Shown here: piece by piece, positions 8,791-19,507 of the stretch | Layout: every line of letters begins with the position of its first letter | Numbering within the stretch: the first letter of the stretch is position 1 | Assembly: GCA_965204745.1 (NCBI GenBank) | Contig: OZ242010.1 | Location: 3,520,001-3,584,000, forward strand | Source: Candidatus Latescibacterota bacterium | GTDB taxonomy: Bacteria; Latescibacterota; UBA2968 | Length of the DNA: 64,000 nucleotides | Reading direction: 5' to 3' | Made by a program: the position numbers and the translations under genes | The notes under the pieces: generated by a model | Told to the model about the DNA's origin: nothing | Seen by the model: only the letters and a program-made list of their open reading frames with translations | The model's database searches: none

Positions 8791-11160
8791 CTCGGGCGGT
8801 TCAAAATGGATAGATATGTCATGCCACATATCGCGGGGCACATCTTCGTGGATACCGGGTTCAAACTTGTACTGGATTGCGACCTCAATGGCCGCGCTGT
8901 GAAATAACTCAGGCCCCGAAAGCACCTCGGCCTTGCTCACGCCGCCATCCTTCGAGACCAGCAAACGCAACATAACCGTAGCGGATTTCCCCTCGGCTCT
9001 CGCGGCTTCGGGATATTCGGGTTCAATTTCATCGATCAACTGGGGTTCCTGATCCGCGTCCGTGGCCTCCATCACGCCGCCCCCGATGATCGCATTGGGT
9101 TTGAACGCGGGTTTGGGTTGGATTTGCGGCACGGTTGCGTCGGTCGTATCTGACAGTGACGCGACGGTGGTATCGCGTTGCGAATTTTTAGAGGGATCCG
9201 CCATCATTGTATCGGACAGCGACACGGCGGTCGTATCCGCCAGCGTCGTATCCGACAGCGTGGTTGCGGTCATATCGGATGGCAAGGCGCGGGTTGTGTC
9301 TGCCATCATTGTATCGGATGGCGACACGGCGGTCGTATCCACCAGCGTCGTATCCGACAGCGCGGTTGCGGTCATATCGGATGGCAAGGCGCGGGTTGTG
9401 TCTGCCATCATTGTATCGGATGGCGACACGGTGGTCGTATCCACCAGCGTCGTATCCGACAGCGCGGTCGCGCTTGAATCCGCCATGGTCGAATCCGCGG
9501 GTGGCGGTTTGGGATTGAGAAAATCGCCATCGAGTTTGTCGGTTGCAATTTTGCCGTACTGCGTGAGGGGGTAGCGTTCCTGCACCTGCTCGTAAATCGC
9601 CTTTGCCTGATCGAGTTGATCCAGATCGTTTTCATACGTCCACGCGAGGGCAAACAGGGCTTGTGGGGCAAAGAGGCTTTGGGGATAATCGTCTGCGATT
9701 TGGCGGTAGATGGTCATGACCTCTTCGGTGCCTGCGCCTTCGGCGACGAGATTCTCGGCTTCCAAAAAACGCGCTTCGGCCCGAACGTCATCAGCGCGCG
9801 TTTGATCGAGGCGAGCGCGAGCCTCAAGCGCGTAGGGCGTGTGGGGATACTCATCGATGAGCGACTCGAATTGTTCGCGGCCCGCGGCCTCGTCTTTTAG
9901 GCTATCCGCGTAAATAAGGCCGATGGCATACCGCGCTTTGGGCGCGAAATCAGAACTGTCGGTCATGCCCAAAACGCGCTGATAAATGCCCAAAGCCGAA
10001 TCCGGTTCGCCCAAATTAAAGAGGTACAATTCCGCCAAATTAAAAAGCGGCGCCAATACTTTTTGGGAGTCTTGAACGCTGTCGGCCTGCTTGCGATAGC
10101 GCTCGAGGTCTCGGAGGTCTTTTTGGCGTTGCAGAGCCAGCGCCCCGGCGTCTGAACCGCGGTCTTCGCGCACGGCTTTCTCGAACAATTCTTTGGCCTT
10201 TTCCAAGTCCTTGCGCCCTTTTTGCTCGATGAGGCCCAAGCGATAAAACGCCGCCGCGCTGTATTCGCTGCGGGGATATTTTTTTGCAATCGCGTTGTAA
10301 ATCTCCTCTGCGGTTTCAAGTTCGCCTTTCAGTTCATAAACCCGCGCCTGTTTGAGTTGGGTTTCGGCTTCGTAAATGCGGAGGCGTTTGATTTTTAGGA
10401 TTTGTCGGTATGCGTCAAGTGCCTTGTCAAATTCGCCCTGCCGCTCGAGCGTCTCGCCAATTTTGACGTGCGTTTCAAAATCCGTCTTGGTATCGGGCCT
10501 GGATTTCAGCACGTTTTCGTACGCGTCCAATGCCTCGTCATACCGTCCCAACTCGAGCAAATTATTGCCCACGCCTTGCCACGCCTTGGCGCGCAATTTG
10601 TGCTTTTTGCCGAGCGTGTTGAGCAAGGCGTGATAGGACTTGATGGCGTCTTCCCGGTTGTCTTGGGCCGACTCCATTTCCGCCAAGGCCAGATTTGCCA
10701 AGCCGTACAACTCGGCATCGGCTTTTGGGTCAAACAGGGAAAACGCGCCCCGAGCGTCTGGGATGCGGTTCACGGCCCACAGGGAGAGACCTTGCCAATA
10801 GCGCGACTCGGGGATCAGTTCGCTTTGCGGAAAATTCTTTTGCAATTCTTGAAACTTGGTCAAAGCCTCGGCGTAGTCCTCGCGCCAATAAGACGCTTTG
10901 CCAATGAGCAACAAACAGTCGTCGAACCACTTGCTCTTGGGATGGTATGTGAGCACGATAGACGCTTTGACAATGGCCCGTTGGTAAAGCGCGCGATAGG
11001 TCGCAGGCGTGATGCGACTGCCGGGCGTTTCGGACTCCACGCGCTTTTGTTCGGCGATCAGGTACTTTTGTCTGGCATTGTAAAACGTGTTGTAATACAC
11101 GCTCTTACAAGACGCCAGACAAAAGAAGCAAAGCGATGCGATGTAGAGAAGACGAGACAT
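8788..11160 (-). CDS. TPR-repeat lipoprotein with Asp/Thr-rich linker and C-terminal TonB_C-like domain
   Basis: Lipobox LASC; many TPRs (ALYQRAI..A..YP); C-terminal PEYPEAARAEG.SATVMLRLLVSKDG..YKFEPG. Confidence 0.85.
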   Translation of the reverse strand: MSRLLYIASLCFFCLASCKSVYYNTFYNARQKYLIAEQKRVESETPGSRITPATYRALYQRAIVKASIVLTYHPKSKWFDDCLLLIGKASYWREDYAEALTKFQELQKNFPQSELIPESRYWQGLSLWAVNRIPDARGAFSLFDPKADAELYGLANLALAEMESAQDNREDAIKSYHALLNTLGKKHKLRAKAWQGVGNNLLELGRYDEALDAYENVLKSRPDTKTDFETHVKIGETLERQGEFDKALDAYRQILKIKRLRIYEAETQLKQARVYELKGELETAEEIYNAIAKKYPRSEYSAAAFYRLGLIEQKGRKDLEKAKELFEKAVREDRGSDAGALALQRQKDLRDLERYRKQADSVQDSQKVLAPLFNLAELYLFNLGEPDSALGIYQRVLGMTDSSDFAPKARYAIGLIYADSLKDEAAGREQFESLIDEYPHTPYALEARARLDQTRADDVRAEARFLEAENLVAEGAGTEEVMTIYRQIADDYPQSLFAPQALFALAWTYENDLDQLDQAKAIYEQVQERYPLTQYGKIATDKLDGDFLNPKPPPADSTMADSSATALSDTTLVDTTTVSPSDTMMADTTRALPSDMTATALSDTTLVDTTAVSPSDTMMADTTRALPSDMTATTLSDTTLADTTAVSLSDTMMADPSKNSQRDTTVASLSDTTDATVPQIQPKPAFKPNAIIGGGVMEATDADQEPQLIDEIEPEYPEAARAEGKSATVMLRLLVSKDGGVSKAEVLSGPELFHSAAIEVAIQYKFEPGIHEDVPRDMWHDISIHFEPPE
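9199..9470 (-). repeat. Intragenic 102-bp (34-aa) tandem repeat, about 2.7 copies
   Basis: Period of 102 bp (9299 to 9401); unit ALSDTTLVDTTAVSPSDTMMADTTRALPSDMTAT. Confidence 0.9.
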
Positions 11161-11246
11161 GGGAATACAGTTGTCAGTGGGAAAAGGTGAGATGGGATTT
11201 TAGCCACGAGCGGGGTACAACTGGCGACAGCTAGTTCAAAGGCGAT

Positions 11247-11563
11247 TAGGTTGTGTTGACATTTCATTTTTTTTACAGTTACGCACAGCTTAGCAAATGT
11301 GTTGCTTGCTCATTTAAGGCGTTTGGTCCTTTGATGGCTTATATCTTTAGTTGCTCTGATGGCGTTGCGAGAAGGGACCTATCCCCCGGCCCCTTTCCTA
11401 CGAGGAAAGGGGAGTAAAGCTCCTTTGATGGCTTCTCGCTCTGGGTTGCTCTGATGGCGTGGCGCGAGGGCATAAAGCGATTAAAATCCCTCATCAATCC
11501 CCTCGCAAAACCGCTCACAGTTCCCCCCTTCCTCGCAGGAAGGGGGGTTAGGGGGGTAGGTCC
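11247..11563. repeat. Partial copy of the 26658-27068 MITE
   Basis: TAGGTTGTGTTGACATTTC left end and a body closely similar to 26658-26953; no right TIR seen. Confidence 0.7.
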
Positions 11564-11694
11564 CAATAAACGGACAAGCACGCGATGGATTCAACGCTTA
11601 ATTCGCATCAGGGATCAGTCCCCGCTCATCCCCCCAAAAACCCTACGCCCTTTAATGAACTGCTACGTAGTTGTACCCCGCTTCGCGGTTTTGC

Positions 11695-13515
11695 TTATTG
11701 GCGTGTGCTGTGATGAAAGTCTTGGAGTGAGCGAATGCGAATGGTGCTGTTGTTCTTTAGGGATTGGATGCCGGCAACAGCCGCGTCCGCGCCGGAGAGG
11801 GTGGTCGTATAGGGCAAGCCGTATTGCACCGCGGCCCTGCGAATTTCCGGGTCCGCGGCCTGCGATTGTTCGCCTGCGGGCGTGTTGATCATCAGGGAAA
11901 TTTCGCCGTTTTTGATCGCGTCGAGAATATTCGGCCGGCCCTCCTGGATTTTGAGGATCAAGTCGCAGGCAATGCCGCGGTTGTTGAGGAAAGCGTGCGT
12001 CCCCCGGGTGGCGACAAGGCGGAAGTCCAGCTCGGACAGGTGCTGGGCAATGGGTACGAGGGCTTCTTTGTCGCGGTCATTGACGCTCAAAAACACAGTG
12101 CCCGCTTGGGGCAAGCACACGCCCGCGCCGAGTTGCGCCTTTTGAAAACTGAGGCCAAAGTCCGTGTCGATGCCCATGACCTCGCCGGTCGATTTCATCT
12201 CCGGGCCGAGCACGGTGTCCACCCCGGGAAATTTGTTGAAGGGCAAAACCGCTTCTTTCACGGCAATGTGCTGGATGGGCACTTCGCGGGTAAAGCCCTG
12301 GTCTGCGAGCGTGCGCCCGACCATAGCGCGGGCCGCGACTTTGGCTAAGGGCACGCCAATGGCCTTGCTGACAAAGGGCACGGTGCGCGACGCGCGCGGA
12401 TTGACTTCGATGATAAAAACCTCGCCGTCTTGAATGGCGAATTGAATATTCATCAGGCCGACCACATTGAGCGTGCGGGCCAAGGCATGCGTGTGGCGTC
12501 TCAATACTTCGCGGTTGGCATCGGCGAGTCGATACGGCGGCAACACGCACGCGCTATCGCCCGAGTGAATGCCCGCGCTTTCGATGTGCTGCATCATGCC
12601 GCCGATGACGACCGCAGTGGGGTCCGCCACCGCATCCACGTCAAATTCGTGCGCGTCTTCCAAAAACCGGTCGATGAGTACCGGGTGTTCGGGCGATGCT
12701 TCGATGGCATTGTGCATATAGGCGATGAGGGCCGCGCGGTCGTACACAATCGCCATCGCGCGCCCGCCGAGCACATAAGACGGCCGCACCAAAATGGGAT
12801 AGCCGATGCGCTCGGCTATGGCGATGGCCTCATCGGTGGTCACAGCCGTGCCGTTCTCCGGTTGGCGGATGCCCAATGTTTTGATGAGCGCGCCAAAGCG
12901 TTTGCGGTCTTCGGCGAGGTCGATGGCGTCCGGCGATGTGCCTGCGATCTTCAGCCCGCCGCGCTCGAGGTCGCGCGCGAGATTGAGGGGCGTCTGCCCG
13001 CCGAACTGCACGATGACCCCATCCGGCTGTTCCACATCCGCAATGCCGAGGACGTCCTCGGCGGTAAGGGGTTCAAAATAGAGTTTGTCCGACGTGTCGT
13101 AATCCGTGGACACGGTCTCCGGATTGGAATTGACCATAATCGTTTCAAACCCGTCTTCTTTGAGGGCATACGCCGCGTGGCAACAACAATAGTCGAACTC
13201 GATACCCTGCCCGATGCGATTGGGGCCGCCGCCCAAAATCATGATCTTTTTGCGATTGGAGCGCGTGGCCTCGGTTTCGGCCTCGTACGTGGAATAGTGA
13301 TAAGGCGTGTACGCTTCAAACTCCGCCGCGCACGTATCCACGGTTTTGAAAACCGGCCTGACCCCGAGTTCTTTTCGCAAAGCGCGCACGGTCCACGCAT
13401 CTGCGCGCCACAAATGCGCGAGTTGCGCGTCCGAAAACCCGTGGCGTTTGGCTTTGAGCAGGTCCGCACGCGAGATGCGCGCCCGCAAGTCGTCGAGGGT
13501 GTGCTGTTGGGTCAT
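11695..13515 (-). CDS. carB: Carbamoyl-phosphate synthase large subunit, C-terminal part (606 aa)
   Basis: [43 protein letters not shown] domain; ATG at 13515 overlaps the upstream TGA. Confidence 0.9.
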   Translation of the reverse strand: MTQQHTLDDLRARISRADLLKAKRHGFSDAQLAHLWRADAWTVRALRKELGVRPVFKTVDTCAAEFEAYTPYHYSTYEAETEATRSNRKKIMILGGGPNRIGQGIEFDYCCCHAAYALKEDGFETIMVNSNPETVSTDYDTSDKLYFEPLTAEDVLGIADVEQPDGVIVQFGGQTPLNLARDLERGGLKIAGTSPDAIDLAEDRKRFGALIKTLGIRQPENGTAVTTDEAIAIAERIGYPILVRPSYVLGGRAMAIVYDRAALIAYMHNAIEASPEHPVLIDRFLEDAHEFDVDAVADPTAVVIGGMMQHIESAGIHSGDSACVLPPYRLADANREVLRRHTHALARTLNVVGLMNIQFAIQDGEVFIIEVNPRASRTVPFVSKAIGVPLAKVAARAMVGRTLADQGFTREVPIQHIAVKEAVLPFNKFPGVDTVLGPEMKSTGEVMGIDTDFGLSFQKAQLGAGVCLPQAGTVFLSVNDRDKEALVPIAQHLSELDFRLVATRGTHAFLNNRGIACDLILKIQEGRPNILDAIKNGEISLMINTPAGEQSQAADPEIRRAAVQYGLPYTTTLSGADAAVAGIQSLKNNSTIRIRSLQDFHHSTRQ

Positions 13516-14966
13516 GGGGCGTCCATCAGGGCGGCGAGTTCTCTTTCCACTTCCACGATTCGCCGCATGTTGTCGAGAAACCAAGGGTCGATTTGAGTCG
13601 CGTCAAAAATTTCCCGCACGGACAGGCCCGCGTCATAAGCCGCTTTGAGATAGGCCAACCGCTGCGAGTTGGGTTCGCGCAAGCCGCGCTCTAGGGCCTC
13701 GCGCGAGAGCCTGTCCGGGGGAATGTCCTTGCCATCCGCGCCAAAACCCGCACGCCCGATTTCGAGAGAGCGCAACCCTTTTTGCAGGGCTTCCACAAAT
13801 GTGCGCCCAATGGCCATGGTTTCGCCCACGGATTTCATCTGCGTGCCCAGCGAGTCCGCGGTTTGGGGAAATTTTTCAAAGGTCCAGCGCGGGATTTTGA
13901 CCACGCAATAGTCGATAGTGGGTTCAAACGACGCTGGCGTTTCCCGCGTGATGTCGTTTTGAATTTCGTCGAGGGTGTAGCCAATCGCCAGCTTGGCCGC
14001 GATCTTGGCAATGGGAAAACCCGTGGCTTTCGACGCCAAGGCCGAACTGCGGGACACGCGCGGATTCATCTCGATGACCACGCGCCGCCCCGTAGTGGGA
14101 TCGACCGCGAACTGGATGTTAGACCCGCCGGTCTCCACGCCGATCTCCCGAATGCAGGCGATAGCCTCGTCGCGCATGGCCTGATACTCTTTGTCGCTAA
14201 GCGTTTGCACCGGCGCAACGGTGATGGAATCGCCGGTGTGAACGCCCATCGGATCGAAGTTTTCAATCGAGCAGATGATGACGACATTGTCGTTTTGATC
14301 GCGCATGACCTCGAGTTCAAATTCCTTCCAGCCGATGATCGATTCCTCCACGAGAATCTCGCTCGTGGGCGACAAGGCGAGTCCGTGCGCCGCGGCATCC
14401 CTGAACTCTTCGACATTGTAAGCCGTGCCCGCGCCCGTGCCCCCCAAGGTGTAGGACGGCCGGATAATGGCCGGAAAGCCGATGTCGGACGCGATGTCAA
14501 GCGCCTCTTTGAGGGTGTACGCAAATCGGCCTTTGGGAAAGTCCAAGCCAATTTTGCCCATCGCCTTTTGAAAGGCTTCGCGGTTTTCCGCTTTTTCAAT
14601 GGCGTGCGGTTTCGCGCCGATCATCTCCACGCCGAATTTTTCGAGTGTGCCCCGCTCGTGCAATGCCATCGCCGTGTTGAGGCCCGTTTGCCCGCCCAGC
14701 GTGGGGAGAAGCGCGTCCGGGCGTTCTTTTGCTATGATCGCCGCGCACACCTCGGGGGTAACGGGTTCGATATACGTTTGATCCGCCATCTCGGGATCGG
14801 TCATGATGGTGGCCGGGTTGCTGTTGACCAACACGACTTCGTACCCCTCTTCTTTGAGGGCCTTGCACGCTTGCGTGCCCGAATAGTCAAATTCACAGGC
14901 TTGCCCAATCACAATGGGGCCAGAGCCGATGAGCATGATTTTGTGGAGATCGTTTCGTTTGGGCAT
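13512..14966 (-). CDS. carB: Carbamoyl-phosphate synthase large subunit, N-terminal part (484 aa)
   Basis: [52 protein letters not shown] motifs. Confidence 0.92.
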   Translation of the reverse strand: MPKRNDLHKIMLIGSGPIVIGQACEFDYSGTQACKALKEEGYEVVLVNSNPATIMTDPEMADQTYIEPVTPEVCAAIIAKERPDALLPTLGGQTGLNTAMALHERGTLEKFGVEMIGAKPHAIEKAENREAFQKAMGKIGLDFPKGRFAYTLKEALDIASDIGFPAIIRPSYTLGGTGAGTAYNVEEFRDAAAHGLALSPTSEILVEESIIGWKEFELEVMRDQNDNVVIICSIENFDPMGVHTGDSITVAPVQTLSDKEYQAMRDEAIACIREIGVETGGSNIQFAVDPTTGRRVVIEMNPRVSRSSALASKATGFPIAKIAAKLAIGYTLDEIQNDITRETPASFEPTIDYCVVKIPRWTFEKFPQTADSLGTQMKSVGETMAIGRTFVEALQKGLRSLEIGRAGFGADGKDIPPDRLSREALERGLREPNSQRLAYLKAAYDAGLSVREIFDATQIDPWFLDNMRRIVEVERELAALMDAP

Positions 14967-14990
14967 GTTTTTAGAGGTAAGAGGATTTTA

Positions 14991-15084
14991 GCCACAAAAG
15001 GCACAAAAGGCACAAAAGGGGTACAACTGGCGACAGCCCGTTCAAAGGCACAAAAGGGGTACAACTGGCGATAGCCCGTTCAAA
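14991..15084. repeat. GGCACAAAA nonamers plus AACTGGC hairpin units
   Basis: Family also at 11203-11242, 17428-17579, 47611-47650, 51665-51706, 57678-57822. Confidence 0.8.
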
Positions 15085-15193
15085 GATGATAGACATTCGC
15101 CTATCGTCACTCCGGCGCACGCGCAAGCACAGGCATAGCCAACGCAGGCGTCCAGATCGGAACGGGTAGCAAGGTGCTGAAGGGGTGTTTCCG

Positions 15194-15700
15194 TCACTTA
15201 AACAGCAAATAGTAGATCGACAAAAGGGCGGCGACTAAAGACACGTAAAAGCCGACTTTGATGAGATTGTACAGGAATTTCACGGGAATGCGCGTGTAAA
15301 AAGGCGCGGGTATGGGGGGATGGATCGGCGAATCGGGAAACCGCGCTCGCTCAATGCGCGCAACCAAACTGGGGTCGCACTCGGCGATAGCTCCCAGGAT
15401 CACGCGCTTGCTGCGTGCGGCCCGCTCGGCAAGGGGATTGCCCAAGGGCTCCTCTCCGGGAAGCAGAGGCTCGGTCTCCAACGGACTATCGCCATCGCGG
15501 CTCTCGATGAGGCTGATCAACCGCGCATGGGCGAGTTTTTCCGCCAGCAATTTCATGCTTTTTCTGTCGTGGACATGCGTTTGGATCACCCCGATACAAG
15601 TGTCGATAAACCGGTCGAGGTTTTCCAAAATCTCATCGTCGCTCAGGCCGAGAAGATAGGATTCTTCAATGGCTTCTTCGATCAATTCGTTGGTTCGCAT
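15194..15700 (-). CDS. Hypothetical protein with C-terminal TM helix (168 aa)
   Basis: ATG at 15700 overlaps the nnr stop (TGATG); protein-like composition; hydrophobic C-terminus. Confidence 0.7.
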   Translation of the reverse strand: MRTNELIEEAIEESYLLGLSDDEILENLDRFIDTCIGVIQTHVHDRKSMKLLAEKLAHARLISLIESRDGDSPLETEPLLPGEEPLGNPLAERAARSKRVILGAIAECDPSLVARIERARFPDSPIHPPIPAPFYTRIPVKFLYNLIKVGFYVSLVAALLSIYYLLFK

Positions 15701-17286
15701 CACATGAGGGGGTTGGGGTGAACGGTGAAATCGAGATGGTGATTGGGATGGTTGAGAACGCGCTGTGTGGCAGCGGGGAAGTGGTCGATGATGTCGCTGG
15801 CAATCAAGCTCATCTCCCCGGTCTTTTCCACAGCGATGTCGCCGGCCAAGCCGTGAAGATATACCGCTGTGCAAGCGGCTGTTGAACCGTCGAGCCCCTG
15901 CCCGATAAGCGCGACCACGAGACCCGTGAGCACGTCCCCTGTGCCGCCGGTCGCCATGCCCGGGTTGCCCGTCGGGTTGATGTGCGTTTCGCCCGTTGGG
16001 GTTGCGACAAGGGTCGGCGCGCCCTTGAGCACGATGGTCGCCCGCACCTGCACGGCAAAATCAGCGGCGATGGCAATGGGATTGCGGCGAATCTCGGCGA
16101 TGCTACGCTGGGTCAAGCGTGCAAACTCGCCCAAATGCGGGGTGAGCACCACGGGCACTTCGCAGGCGCGAATGGCGTCGATGTCCCCGGCCAGAGCATT
16201 GAGCGCGTCCGCATCGATGACCGCGGGACAAACCAAGTCGCGCACCAAGCGGCGGATGAGTTCAACGGTTTCCCGGTGCGTGCCCAGGCCCGGGCCAATC
16301 GCCACGCTATCGGCATCTCGGAAACGGCGTTGAATCTCGCCGCGGGCGCGAAGGCACAAGCACCGCTGCCGTTTGACTTCTGGAAGCGGATGGGTCATGG
16401 CCTCGGTGACTTTGATTTCGAGAATGTCGTTGAGGCTTTGGGGCGTGCCTATCGTGACCAAGCCCGCGCCCCCTTTGAGTGCTGCGCGCGCCGAGAGCGC
16501 GCCCGCGCCCGTAAGCCCGACGGATCCGGCCAGAATATATACCCTGCCGCAATCGCCTTTGTGGGCGTCGCCCGCTCGTTGCGGGAGCCACCTCGCGCAG
16601 TAGCGATTGTCTATCAAAAATGTGCTGACGCGCTCGGGTTTAAGGGCCGAAGCCGGTATGCCGATGTCGATCAAGTGCAACTGACCGCAATGGGCGCGAC
16701 CGGAAAAAAAGAAATGTCCAATGCGCGGCCAGGCAAATGTAACCGTGCGGGTTGCAACCGCGCAAGGACCGTCAATGCCGCCCGTATCCGCGTTGAGTCC
16801 CGAAGGCACATCCACCGCGACGATGGGACAGGTTGCGCGGTCGAGCGCGTTGATGAGATCCGCATAAACACCCCGCGCTGCGCCGCGAGTGCCCGTGCCC
16901 AAAAGCGCGTCCACCGCGGCATCGGCCCGTGCCAGCGCGCCTTGCACTGTTGCGATGCGGTCAACCGACTGCGCGATATTCGCGGGCAAGCGGTCGAGAT
17001 TGAGTTTGGCATCGCCCGTAATTTCGCTTGCCGAGGTCGCCAAAAACACCTGAACGACTGCGCCGCGTTGGGCCGCATACCGCGCAATGACAAGCCCGTC
17101 GCCTCCGTTGTTGCCCTTGCCACACAGCACGACGAGATGGCGATTTTGAAACCCGCCCAACAGGTCTTCGACGACTTGGGCCGCGCCTTGTCCTGCGGCT
17201 TCCATGAGATCGATACTCGACGCGCCGTTGTCAATTACTCGGCGGTCGATAGAAGCCATCTGGGAGCCGGTGAGAAGTGCGATCAT
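15700..17286 (-). CDS. nnr: Bifunctional NAD(P)H-hydrate epimerase/dehydratase
   Basis: LMEAAG, GKGNNGGDG, DALLGTG, VDVPSG, HKGDCG, DADAL, TPHLGEF, GGTGDVLTG motifs. Confidence 0.93.
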   Translation of the reverse strand: MIALLTGSQMASIDRRVIDNGASSIDLMEAAGQGAAQVVEDLLGGFQNRHLVVLCGKGNNGGDGLVIARYAAQRGAVVQVFLATSASEITGDAKLNLDRLPANIAQSVDRIATVQGALARADAAVDALLGTGTRGAARGVYADLINALDRATCPIVAVDVPSGLNADTGGIDGPCAVATRTVTFAWPRIGHFFFSGRAHCGQLHLIDIGIPASALKPERVSTFLIDNRYCARWLPQRAGDAHKGDCGRVYILAGSVGLTGAGALSARAALKGGAGLVTIGTPQSLNDILEIKVTEAMTHPLPEVKRQRCLCLRARGEIQRRFRDADSVAIGPGLGTHRETVELIRRLVRDLVCPAVIDADALNALAGDIDAIRACEVPVVLTPHLGEFARLTQRSIAEIRRNPIAIAADFAVQVRATIVLKGAPTLVATPTGETHINPTGNPGMATGGTGDVLTGLVVALIGQGLDGSTAACTAVYLHGLAGDIAVEKTGEMSLIASDIIDHFPAATQRVLNHPNHHLDFTVHPNPLM

Positions 17287-17427
17287 ACCATTTGGGGCGC
17301 GAGGTCAATGGGCGTTTTCGGAATATCTAACGATATAAAAATACGGGAACGGCACGGGCAAAGCAAACCCTTTTTGAAAAAAATAAAAATGTCACAAAAG
17401 AGACACAAAATAGATGCGGGCGATTTG

Positions 17428-17579
17428 CCTTTGAACTGGCTACCGCCAGTTGTACCCCGCTCGTGCCTTCTGTGCCTTTGAACTAGCTACTGCCAGTTGT
17501 ACCCCGCTCGTGCCTTTGAACTGGCTACCGCTAGTTGTACCCCGCTCGTGCCTTTTGTGCCTTTTGTGCCTTTTGTGGC
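17428..17579. repeat. Three tandem TTTGAACTGGCTACCGCCAGTTGTACCCCGCTCGTG units plus CCTTTTGTG nonamers
   Basis: Tandem copies read directly; no unique spacers. Confidence 0.85.
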
Positions 17580-17631
17580 AATCAAAAAAATGTCCAAAAC
17601 CATTGTGATGCGCTGAAGTGCCACAAACCCC

Positions 17632-17660
17632 TTGACACAGATAGGGCACTTGTCTATACT
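17632..17660 (+). promoter_or_regulatory. Sigma70 promoter of the tRNA-Ser/gltX unit
   Basis: TTGACA-17 nt-TATACT, 12 nt before the tRNA. Confidence 0.8.
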
Positions 17661-17672
17661 TTTGGGCGATGC

Positions 17673-17760
17673 GGTGGGGTGCGAGAGCGGTTGAATCGGG
17701 CGGTCTTGAAAACCGTTGGCCTTCGCGGGTCCGTGGGTTCGAATCCCACCCCCACCGCCA
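17673..17760 (+). tRNA. tRNA-Ser(TGA)
   Basis: Acceptor GGTGGGG/CCCCACC, G discriminator, CCA end, anticodon loop CT-TGA-AA, long variable arm, GGTTCGAATCC. Confidence 0.95.
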
Positions 17761-17796
17761 AAAGGCGATTGCCGATTGCTTCAACTTGTCGATAGC

Positions 17797-17889
<93 letters not shown>

Positions 17890-17913
17890 ATAATATTTGG
17901 GGACGTGTTTTTG

Positions 17914-19335
17914 ATGTCTGACACCATCCTGCGATTCGCGCCATCCCCCACAGGTGGATTTCATGTGGGCAATGCGCGAACGGCGATTTTCAACTATCTC
18001 TACGCGAAACACCACAACGCAAAATTGTCGTTGCGCGTTGAAGATACGGATCGCGACCGATATACGGAATCGTCGCTTCAAACGATTTTGGACGGTTTGA
18101 ACTGGCTCGGCGTCGAGTTTGACGGCGAGCCAGTCTTTCAATCGCATCGCGCACAAGCGCACAAACGCGCCGCAGAGCGTCTGCTCGCCACCGGCCATGC
18201 GTATTACGGGTACGAAACGCCCGAAGAACTCGCCGCCATGCAAAAGCAGGCCCAAGCCGAGAAGCGGCGCGTGCGCTACAACCGGGATTTGACCCCGGAA
18301 CAGCGGGCGGCTTACGAAGCCGAGGGGCGTCCAAAAGTCGTGCGGTTTAAGGTGCCAGCAGGCGAAACCGCGTGGCATGATCGCATCCGCGGGGTACAGC
18401 GTTGGCGCAATGCCGAGATCGAAGATTTCGTGCTGCTCCGGCCCGATGGGTCCCCGGTCTACAATCTCGCGGTGGTGGTCGATGATCGCGACATGGGCGT
18501 CAACATGGTGTTGCGCTCTGCGGATCACCTGTCGAATACGCCCAAGCAAATCATGCTGTTTCGGGCACTATCATGGGCGGTGCCCGACTACGGGCATTCA
18601 ACCCTGATTTTAGGCCCGGATGGCAACAAGTTGTCAAAACGCCACGGCGCCACCACCATCGCGGAATACCGCACGCGGGGGATTTTGTCAGACGCGATGT
18701 TCAATTACCTCGCGCTGTTGGGGTGGTCGCCCGGCGATGCGCGCGAAGTGTTTGCGCGAGAGGAATTGATCGCGGCGTTTTCGGCTGACGGATTGCTCAA
18801 ACGAGACGCGGTTTTTGACGAAAAGAAATTGATCTGGCTCAATGGCGAACACATGCGTCTCCGCCCGGTGGATGAGATCTTGGACGACGCCATACCGATC
18901 TGGATCGCCGAGGGATGGCTGACAGAAGCCGAGGCGCACGATCAGCGCGATGCGTTGACGCGAATCGCCGAAATGTTGCAACCGCGCTTGCACACGCTTC
19001 AAGACCTGAAACACACCGGTTATTTTTTTTGCGACCCGGAAACCTACGACGCAAAAACCGCCAAAAAACACTGGAAGGCCGATACGCCCATGCGCGTTCA
19101 GATGATGATCGAGCGGTTGCAAAATTTGGATGCGTTCGGCGAAAGCGATATCGAAGGCGCGACGCGCACACTGGCCGGCGAATTGGGCATGTCCGCGTCC
19201 AAACTCATTCACCCAACGCGCCTCGCGCTCTGCGGCGTGGGCTTCGGCCCGGGGTTGTTTGAATTGATGGCCGTGCTCGGGCGCGAAACCTGCATCCGCC
19301 GCTTGCAAAAGGCGCTGAAAACTTTGCGTTGCTGA
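17914..19335 (+). CDS. gltX: Glutamate--tRNA ligase
   Basis: RFAPSPTG, HVGN (HIGH), EDTD, DHLSNTPKQ, KLSKR (KMSKS) motifs. Confidence 0.96.
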   Translation: MSDTILRFAPSPTGGFHVGNARTAIFNYLYAKHHNAKLSLRVEDTDRDRYTESSLQTILDGLNWLGVEFDGEPVFQSHRAQAHKRAAERLLATGHAYYGYETPEELAAMQKQAQAEKRRVRYNRDLTPEQRAAYEAEGRPKVVRFKVPAGETAWHDRIRGVQRWRNAEIEDFVLLRPDGSPVYNLAVVVDDRDMGVNMVLRSADHLSNTPKQIMLFRALSWAVPDYGHSTLILGPDGNKLSKRHGATTIAEYRTRGILSDAMFNYLALLGWSPGDAREVFAREELIAAFSADGLLKRDAVFDEKKLIWLNGEHMRLRPVDEILDDAIPIWIAEGWLTEAEAHDQRDALTRIAEMLQPRLHTLQDLKHTGYFFCDPETYDAKTAKKHWKADTPMRVQMMIERLQNLDAFGESDIEGATRTLAGELGMSASKLIHPTRLALCGVGFGPGLFELMAVLGRETCIRRLQKALKTLRC

Positions 19336-19339
19336 TTTT

Positions 19340-19413
19340 TGCCCCCTCGTCTAATGGCAAGACATGCGGCTCTGGACCGTAGAATCGGGGTTCGAATCCC
19401 TGGGGGGCAACCA
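19340..19413 (+). tRNA. tRNA-Gln(CTG)
   Basis: Acceptor TGCCCCC/GGGGGCA with U1-A72, anticodon loop CT-CTG-GA, GGTTCGAATCC, CCA end. Confidence 0.93.
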
Positions 19414-19459
19414 CACAACCCGTCACCGCCCGCGCCAATGGGCGTGACGCCACATTGCA

Positions 19460-19496
19460 AAAAGGCCGCCAATCGATCATTCGCGGCCTTCTTTTT
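19460..19496 (+). terminator. Probable intrinsic terminator
   Basis: AAGGCCGC...GCGGCCTT stem followed by CTTTTT. Confidence 0.5.
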
Positions 19497-19507
19497 GGAG
19501 GATTTCG

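Noticed and set aside
11339-11581. Short ORFs such as GPTPLTPLPARKGG (also 20075-20278, 26868-27059, 29915-30204)
   Set aside because: Translations of the hairpin repeat family, not genes.
12430-17481. Long + strand ORFs (12430-13596, 13782-15074, 15982-17481; likewise 22232-23779 and minus-strand 58622-59815)
   Set aside because: Antisense shadows of well-identified genes in GC-rich DNA; no motifs.
17428-17579. CRISPR array (also 57678-57822)
   Set aside because: Palindromic 36-bp units abut or are separated only by nonamer repeats; no unique spacers and no cas genes.
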